Shown here: positions 57,919-64,000 of the stretch, in pieces
How positions within the stretch are numbered: position 1 is the stretch's first letter
Layout of the letters: each line of letters opens with the position of its first letter
Source of the DNA: Chloroflexota bacterium
GTDB lineage: Bacteria; Chloroflexota; Limnocylindria; Limnocylindrales; CSP1-4
NCBI GenBank assembly: GCA_015478725.1
Contig: JADMIG010000008.1
Span: 1,174 to 65,173, forward strand
Length of the DNA: 64,000 nucleotides
Direction: 5' to 3'
The notes under the pieces: model-generated
The model's database searches: none
Told to the model about the DNA's origin: nothing
Seen by the model: the letters and a program-made list of their open reading frames with translations, nothing else
Program-made: the position numbers and the translations under genes

Positions 57919-58467
57919 TCAGTTCGGCGCCGCGCCGCCGGACGCGTTGGGCGGGATCCGGAGACTCGGGCCCTGGGCGACGAGCCCGTCGATGTCCTCC
58001 CGGGTGAACTCGGCGAGGACGTGATGGCTGCCGGACTGATCGGCCATGAGCAGACGGACGACGAAGGCGCCGTCCTGCTCGAAGAAGAACACGTCGCGCG
58101 GCTTCTGTTCGTCCATGTACCGGCCGAGGACGCGGAACGCCCGCTCATAGTAGCCGGCGGCATCCCAGGTGGCCTTCGCGGCGACGGGATCGAGGTTCGC
58201 CATGGCACCGCGTCGGGCGATCGCCTCGTCGAGGAACCGGGCGATGTCGTCGTCGACGAAGGTGAGCGTCTCCTTGCCGAGCCGACCCATGGATTCGGAC
58301 CAGCCGCCCTCGCCGGTCGTCGCCGATACCACGATCCCCTGCACGATGAACCCGTCGGGAGCCTCGACGAGGAGGACCTCCTTCATGCCGCGCTGATCGA
58401 GGAACGCGCCGATCGAGCGGAAGACCTCCTCGAAATCCTGGCGCGGGCTGCCCTCGTAGATCCGCAT
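57919..58467 (-). CDS. 182-aa hypothetical protein with internal tandem domain duplication
   Basis: DFEEVFRSIGAFLDQRGMKEVLLVEAPDGFIVQGIV...TLTFVDDDIARFLDEA aligns with YYERAFRVLGRYMDEQKPRDVFFFEQDGAFVVRLLM...LAEFTREDIDGLVAQG. Confidence 0.6.
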   Translation of the reverse strand: MRIYEGSPRQDFEEVFRSIGAFLDQRGMKEVLLVEAPDGFIVQGIVVSATTGEGGWSESMGRLGKETLTFVDDDIARFLDEAIARRGAMANLDPVAAKATWDAAGYYERAFRVLGRYMDEQKPRDVFFFEQDGAFVVRLLMADQSGSHHVLAEFTREDIDGLVAQGPSLRIPPNASGGAAPN

Positions 58468-58482
58468 CTGGCCCTCGGACTG

Positions 58483-59190
58483 TCAGTACCCCGTCGTCTG
58501 GTCGATGAGGCCACGATCCTTCGCTCGGCGCTCACTGACCCGGAACGCGAGTGTCGCCGCGAGTGTAACCACGACCCCGGTGACCAGCAAGGCGGCGACG
58601 ATCGTCACGGGGTCCGGTCGATCGGCATGGACGAGCCGCTCGAAGAGCGATCCGCTGCCGCCGATCCCGGTCGGACTGTCCGGCAGAAGACCCCGCCGAA
58701 CGCCCTCGATCCACCAGCTCAGCGGAGAGACGAGGCCGACCGCCTGGACGGGATCGGGGAGGACGGACAGCGGGAAGACCACGCCCGAGATGAGGAACAG
58801 CGCCCCGGCGAGCGCCTCGGGATAGCGCCACGAGTCCTGCCGGGTCTGGAGGCAGACGGCGGCCATGAGGATCCCGATCGCGACGACCGCACCGAGGCCG
58901 ACGACCATCGAGACCCCGCTGAGGATCGGGTCCACGCGGGCGGGATCGAAGCCGACGCCGAGGAAGACGAAGCCGACGCCGAGGGCGATGACCGCCCCGA
59001 TGAGCCCGACACCCACCCGGGCGACCCCTCGGCCCAGGACCGGCTTGGCGACCGAGTAGATGGCGAACAGGACCGGGTCCGTCCAGTTCGCCTCCATCTG
59101 CCAGCCGAGGCGCGCGGCGGTCCCGAACGCGCGCCAGCCATCGCCGCGCTCGGATCTCCGCGGTCGCCCGACGGCGCTGCCGACGTCCAT
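58483..59190 (-). CDS. ABC-2 type transporter permease
   Basis: It is hydrophobic, with six TM helices. It follows the ATPase and first permease in the same operon. Confidence 0.8.
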   Translation of the reverse strand: MDVGSAVGRPRRSERGDGWRAFGTAARLGWQMEANWTDPVLFAIYSVAKPVLGRGVARVGVGLIGAVIALGVGFVFLGVGFDPARVDPILSGVSMVVGLGAVVAIGILMAAVCLQTRQDSWRYPEALAGALFLISGVVFPLSVLPDPVQAVGLVSPLSWWIEGVRRGLLPDSPTGIGGSGSLFERLVHADRPDPVTIVAALLVTGVVVTLAATLAFRVSERRAKDRGLIDQTTGY

Positions 59191-59196
59191 CGCCGC

Positions 59197-60074
59197 TCAG
59201 CCCCAGCGGAGGGACAGGCGCCCCTCCGCGCGGGCCCGCTGCTCGAGTGCGGCGAGCATCCAGCGAGCCACGACGAGGAAGACGACGGTCATGACCACGA
59301 GGATGCCCGCCTCCACCGATGGCGACGGGGTCCCGAACGAGGCACTCCCGCCGACGAATGCGAGCTGCCGCATCGCGTCGAGCCCCACGGCGAGCGGGAT
59401 CGTCGAGATGGCGAGGGTGCCGAGGGCTCCCAGCCGCCGACCGGGAAATTGAGGCCGGACACGAAGTAGACCGGCTCCACCGCGAGCTGGGTGAGGTGCC
59501 ACGCCTCGCGACCCCAGAGGAGGAACAGGCTGGCGAGGACCATCCCGAGGCCGTACAGCGCAGCGAGGGTGAGGAGGAAGACCGCGGCGAGGAGGCCCCA
59601 CTGGTCGACGCCGAACCGGACGTCGAAGGCGATGGCTCCGATGACGAGCACGACCGAAGCGCGCACCGCGCTCATGACGAGCCCCCCGACGGCCATCCCG
59701 AGCAGGATGCTCATCATGCTCACCGGGGCGGTGAAGTAGAGCTCGAGATTGCCCTGGTCCTTCTCCCAGTACAGCTGGGCGGCCATCATCCACATGACGT
59801 TGAGCCAGAACGCCGTCATCGCCCCGCCGAGGACGACGAAGCCGACGTACTCCGGCGGCGCGTGGAGTGCGCGGTAGACGTAGACGAAGCCGGCCGTCGT
59901 CATGAACGGGAGGAGGATCTCGAAGAAGAGCCAGCTCCGTTCGCGGAAGATGCCGGAGACGCGCGGGTAGGCCCGTCCGCCGATCCCGCGGATGTTCGTC
60001 ATGAGCTCGTGGCGTGGTTCCCAGGCGGCCGCCTCGGCCGGGCTCGCCGTCGGCCGGTGGACGTAGGCGCTCAC
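59197..60074 (-). pseudogene. ABC-2 type transporter permease interrupted by a 1-nt frameshift near 59430-59450 (or an assembly error)
   Basis: The N-terminal 2/3 is in the frame of track ORF 59289..60632 (...LAVEPVYFVSGLNFPVG). The C-terminal 1/3 is in the frame of ORF 59197..60246 (RLGALGTLAISTIPLAVGLDAMRQLAF...). The GTG start at 60074 overlaps the ATPase stop (GTGA). Confidence 0.65.
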
Positions 60075-61153
60075 GTCGAAGCCAGCTCGGCGGCGGCCGG
60101 CCCCGCGGTCGGATCGGAGGTGTCGTCGAAACCGCGGCCCACGAGCTCCACGAAGACATCCTCGAGGCTCGGCTCCGACTTGCGGAGCGAAACGATCTGG
60201 GCGCCCAGGCCGCCGAGCGCACCCACGACGCCGCCGAGCGCGGCATCGTCGACCAGGACGAGGTTCATCGTCACCGTCTGGCGTGCGTCCGCATCGACCC
60301 GATCGGCGTCCGTCGCGGGGACGGCGCTGACCACGCCGGGCAGCCGGGCAAGGGTCGCGGGTCCCCCATCGAGGTGGTCGAGCTCGAGTCGGAAGATCGA
60401 TTCGCGCTGGACGCGCCGCTTCAGCTCGTTCGGAGTCCCGATCGCGAGGATCCGGCCGTGGTCGACGATGGCGAGCCGCTCGCAGAGCTCGTCCGCCTCC
60501 GCCATGTAGTGCGTGGTGAGGAGGATGGTTCGGCCCGGGACGGCGGCCTTCCAGGCGACGACGAGCTCGCGGACCGCCCGTGCGGCCGCGACATCGAGGC
60601 CGAGCGTCGGCTCGTCGAGGAAGAAGACCCACGGGTCGTTGAGGAGGCCCCTGGCGAAGTTCATCTTCTGGCGCTGCCCGGTGGACAGCGTCCCGACCCG
60701 CTGGGTCCGCTGCTCCTCCAGGCCCACCGCCTCGATGAGCTCGTCGACCCGGCGCTGGCCGTCGCGGACGCCGAGCCCGTAGAACTGCCTGAACATCCAG
60801 AGCTGCTCGCGAACGGTGAGCATGCCGTAGCCCGACTGCTCGCCGCCGGCGACCATGTTCATGATCCGCCGGAGCTGCTTCGTCTGGGTCGCGACGTCGA
60901 AGCCGAAGACCCGGGCCGTCCCCTCCGACGGCAGGAGGAGCGTGGTGAGGATCTTGATGAGCGTCGTCTTCCCCGCCCCATTCGGTCCGAGCAGCCCGAA
61001 GAACTCACCCGGCGCGACCAGGAGGTCGATGCCGTCGAGGGCGACGACGGGTTTCGGCTTCGTCTTGTAGATCCGGCGGATCCCACGGGCGTCGATCGCG
61101 GGCGGGGAGCTCGGATGCGTCGCCGACGATGGGCTCGGCAGCGGGGCGGGCAT
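60071..61153 (-). CDS. ABC transporter ATP-binding protein (ABC-2/DrrA-like)
   Basis: GLLGPNGAGKTTLIKIL, LSTGQRQKMNFARGLL and VFFLDEPTLGLD. Confidence 0.93.
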   Translation of the reverse strand: MPAPLPSPSSATHPSSPPAIDARGIRRIYKTKPKPVVALDGIDLLVAPGEFFGLLGPNGAGKTTLIKILTTLLLPSEGTARVFGFDVATQTKQLRRIMNMVAGGEQSGYGMLTVREQLWMFRQFYGLGVRDGQRRVDELIEAVGLEEQRTQRVGTLSTGQRQKMNFARGLLNDPWVFFLDEPTLGLDVAAARAVRELVVAWKAAVPGRTILLTTHYMAEADELCERLAIVDHGRILAIGTPNELKRRVQRESIFRLELDHLDGGPATLARLPGVVSAVPATDADRVDADARQTVTMNLVLVDDAALGGVVGALGGLGAQIVSLRKSEPSLEDVFVELVGRGFDDTSDPTAGPAAAELAST

Positions 61154-61221
61154 GACTCGGCCTCACTGAGGTCGGGGAGGGCGCTGAGTATAGCCCCCGT
61201 TCCAGTCCGCTCAGCGGTCGC

Positions 61222-62181
61222 TCAACGGTCGGCGAGCCCCTTCGCGATCCGACCGGCGACCTCGGCATCGTGGACGATGAGCGCAGTGTTCGCCCGAACG
61301 GACGCGCCTCCGGTGAGGCTCGCGATCCGGGCGAGCAGCCAGGGCGTCAGCGCCGGACCGACGATGCCGGCGGCGGCTGACTCCGCGACGGCCGTCTCGA
61401 TCGCCTGCCGCGCCTCGGCCTCCGGCAGCGCGTCACTCGCCGGAACGGGCGTGCAGAGGAGGATCCCGGAGCCGAGTCCGAGCCGAAGGTGAGTCCGGAC
61501 GAGCTCGATCGCGGCGACGTCGTCCGCGACCCGGCCCGGCGCGAGGAGGCCACTCGTCCGGCTGAAGAAGCCCGGCAGCTCCGCCTGGCCGATCGCGACG
61601 ACCGGCACGCCCCGCGTCTCGAGGTATTCGAGCGTCGCGGCCACGTCGAGGATCGCCTTCGGCCCGGCACACACGACCGCGACCGGAGTGCGGCCGAGCT
61701 CGTCGAGGTCCGCGCTCACATCGAGACTCGGCCGCGCCCCACCGAGCGCTCCGCGATGGACACCGCCGATCCCGCCGGTCGCGAGCACGCGGATGCCCGC
61801 CGCGTCGGCTCCGAGCATCGTGGCCGAAACGGTCGTCGCGGCCCATCCGCCGGCGAGCAGAGCGAGGGAGAGGCTCGGGCGGGCGACCTTGCGGATCGTG
61901 CCCGCCGGAGCCGTCCCGAGCGCCTCGATCGCCCCATCGTCGAGCCCCACGAGGAGGCGCCCGTCGTGGACCGCGATCGTCGCCGGGGTCGCACCCGCTG
62001 CCCGCACCGCCGCGTCGGCGGCGCGCGCGACCGCGACGTTGTCCGGATATGGCAGCCCGTGGCTGATGAGTGTCGACTCGAGGGCGACCACCGGCCCGCC
62101 GCCGGCGAGGGCGTCGGCCACCTCGGGCGCGATGACCAGGCGGTCGTGGATGGAACCCGCGGTTCGGCCGCTGCGACTCAC
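61222..62181 (-). CDS. psuG: Pseudouridine-5'-phosphate glycosidase
   Basis: PVVALESTLISHGLPYPDN...TGGIGGVHRGA...DVSADLDELGRTPVAVVCAGPKAILD. The GTG start overlaps the upstream kinase stop. Confidence 0.92.
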   Translation of the reverse strand: MSRSGRTAGSIHDRLVIAPEVADALAGGGPVVALESTLISHGLPYPDNVAVARAADAAVRAAGATPATIAVHDGRLLVGLDDGAIEALGTAPAGTIRKVARPSLSLALLAGGWAATTVSATMLGADAAGIRVLATGGIGGVHRGALGGARPSLDVSADLDELGRTPVAVVCAGPKAILDVAATLEYLETRGVPVVAIGQAELPGFFSRTSGLLAPGRVADDVAAIELVRTHLRLGLGSGILLCTPVPASDALPEAEARQAIETAVAESAAAGIVGPALTPWLLARIASLTGGASVRANTALIVHDAEVAGRIAKGLADR

Positions 62182-63200
62182 GGTCGGAGGGTACCGGACG
62201 GCCGCCCGACCGGTGTGCCGGCGCCCGATGCAACCGCGATCTCGCGACGCGGCCGGGTCAGCTGGCGCGCTGCCGCGCGATTGCCGGCGACCGCGGCGCG
62301 GCGGAGCGCGGGGATCGGCGCGCGGCCTGCGGAACGCTCCGCGAGCCAGGTCACGAGGAAGCCGGCATCGAAGGCGTCGCCGGCCCCGGTCGTGTCCTCC
62401 GTCGCGATCGTCGCCGTCGGCACGTCGAGCCGCGTGCCGCCATCCGCCGTCCGGGCGAGCACGGACGCACCCCGTGCGCCGCGCTTGATGACGACGACGT
62501 CCGCCAGCTGGTCGAGTCGATCGAGCGCGGAGACGCCCATGAGTGCCTCGGCCTCCGCGGCGGTGGCGAACAGGAGATCGGGTGCGATGCGAGCGATGAG
62601 CGTCCTCGCGGCGACTCGCCCACCGGCGAGGAGCGGCCCCGCCGAGGCGAGGTCCACGCTGACGATCGCCCCCGCGGCCCGACCGAGTGCGGCCGCTCGC
62701 CGGCCGGCGCTCCCGAGCGGCTCGCCGAGGAGGGAGTACGCCGGCAGGTGGACCGCGTCGGCGCCGGCGAACCAGGCGGCATCGAGGCGGTCGGGGCCGA
62801 GCCCGTCGGCGGCTCCTCGATCCGCGACGAACGAGCGCTCACCGTCCGGCGCGACGACGATCCCGATCCGCCCCGTGGGCAGGCCGGCGACACGGAGGGC
62901 GCGGACGCGTACGCCGACGATGCGCAGCTCGCGGACGAGGCTCCGTCCTGTCGCGTCGCGGCCGACCGCACAGACGAGCGCTGAGCGGGCGCCGAGACGA
63001 GCAGCCCAGCGGGCCGTGTTCGCTGCCGATCCGCCCTGGCGCAACCGGACGGTGCCCGGCACATCGGTTCCGGAGCGGAGCGGGGCGGCCGGGGCGATCG
63101 AGACGTCGAGCATGAGGTCGCCGACGACGACGATCGTCGGGCGCGAACGAGGAGCCGAGGGCGCCCTCGCTGGCGCGGCCGGACGACGACCCGCTGACAT
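62178..63200 (-). CDS. PfkB-family carbohydrate kinase, likely pseudouridine kinase by context
   Basis: IVVVGDLMLDV...GGSAANTARW...DTTGAGDAFDAGF. It is coupled to psuG. The start could be ATG 63200 or 63212. Confidence 0.8.
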   Translation of the reverse strand: MSAGRRPAAPARAPSAPRSRPTIVVVGDLMLDVSIAPAAPLRSGTDVPGTVRLRQGGSAANTARWAARLGARSALVCAVGRDATGRSLVRELRIVGVRVRALRVAGLPTGRIGIVVAPDGERSFVADRGAADGLGPDRLDAAWFAGADAVHLPAYSLLGEPLGSAGRRAAALGRAAGAIVSVDLASAGPLLAGGRVAARTLIARIAPDLLFATAAEAEALMGVSALDRLDQLADVVVIKRGARGASVLARTADGGTRLDVPTATIATEDTTGAGDAFDAGFLVTWLAERSAGRAPIPALRRAAVAGNRAAARQLTRPRREIAVASGAGTPVGRPSGTLRP

Positions 63201-63317
63201 GCGGCGCAGCATAGGTCGGCCGCCGGCGGCGCGGGCGGGCGCGGTGGCCGAGGGCGCTCGCGGCGGGCGCTGGTACGATGCGAGGCACGTTCGCCTCCAT
63301 CTCCGGAGCATGCCCGA

Positions 63318-64000
63318 TGACCGCCGCCACCGACCCGACCCGCACCGCCGAGCCGTCGCTCGACCAGCTCGCGATCGACACCATCCGGACGCTCTCGATC
63401 GACGCCGTCCAGAAGGCGAACTCCGGTCACCCGGGCGCCCCGATGGGCGCGGCGCCGATGGCGTACACACTCTGGACGCGGTTCCTGCGCCATGCGCCGC
63501 GGACGCCGCACTGGCCGGACCGCGACCGATTCGTCCTGAGCGCCGGCCACGCGAGCATGCTCCTCTACTCGCTCCTCCATCTGACCGGGTACGACGTGAC
63601 GCTCGACGACCTCGAGCATTTCCGGCAGTGGGGATCGCGGACGCCGGGCCACCCGGAGCACGGCCGCACCGCCGGCGTGGAGGCGACGACCGGTCCGCTC
63701 GGCCAGGGCTTCGCCAACGGCGTCGGGATGGCCATCGCCGAACGGCGGCTCGGCGCGGAGTTCGATCGGCCCGGCCACACCGTCGTGGACCATCGGACGT
63801 TCGCGATCTGCTCGGACGGCGATCTCCAGGAGGGGATCTCCTCGGAGGCGGCGAGCCTCGCCGGCCACCTCCGCCTCGGCAAGCTCATCTACCTGTACGA
63901 CGACAACCACGTCCAGCTGGACGGGCCGACCCGCATGGCGTGGAGCGAGGACGTCCTCGAACGCTTCGACGCCTACGGCTGGCACACCGAGCGCGTCCAC
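63318..64000 (+). CDS. tkt: Transketolase (N-terminal 227 aa; continues beyond the right edge)
   Basis: My own translation gives [53 protein letters not shown]...[19 protein letters not shown]...[14 protein letters not shown]. It is not in the ORF track because no stop lies inside the window. Confidence 0.95.

Overview
This is a 64-kb window of a roughly 70% GC chromosome with very strong GC3 bias. Gene content and order look like Actinomycetota or Chloroflexota. Many long Arg/Pro/Gly-rich ORFs in the track are antisense or off-frame artefacts of the GC content. I called genes by recognisable protein motifs, GC3, start context and translational coupling (ATGA/GTGA overlaps).

The right two thirds (about 31.5-64 kb) is mostly core housekeeping: tRNA-Ala(GGC), leuS, comEA-comEC-holA, rsfS-nadD-obg, a LysM/M23 peptidase, rho, tal, pyrG, an ABC-2 exporter operon, psuG plus a PfkB kinase, and tkt. 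Transporters and small unknown ORFs are interspersed.

The left third is accessory-like and contains:
- An SOS mutasome locus (dnaE2, running off the left edge and absent from the ORF track, plus imuA-imuB and a coupled 82-aa ORF). It has two near-identical LexA (Cheo-type) boxes. Three unannotated mini-ORFs for hydrophobic peptides are transcribed divergently from the dnaE2 box.
- An OmpR/HK pair.
- tRNA-Ala(CGC) directly abutted by a large-serine-recombinase module. The recombinase ORF reads 65 nt into the tRNA gene.
- An ECF sigma/anti-sigma pair.
- An intact IS630-family element with CTAG/TA target signature.
- Secreted and lipoproteins.
- A PadR-ABC-FtsX module.
- A second ECF sigma/anti-sigma pair.

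No rRNA and no CRISPR array were seen.

The leads most worth following:
- The LexA-box-linked mini-peptide cluster.
- The W-rich ORF coupled to imuB.
- The RHH/coiled-coil + TM + serine recombinase operon at the tRNA.

Several short-repeat or hairpin elements lie in intergenic DNA: a (CCGGACGTGG)x4 array, a duplicated leuS 3' end, and an ACGGCTAA repeat/hairpin cluster next to a CGNR regulator.
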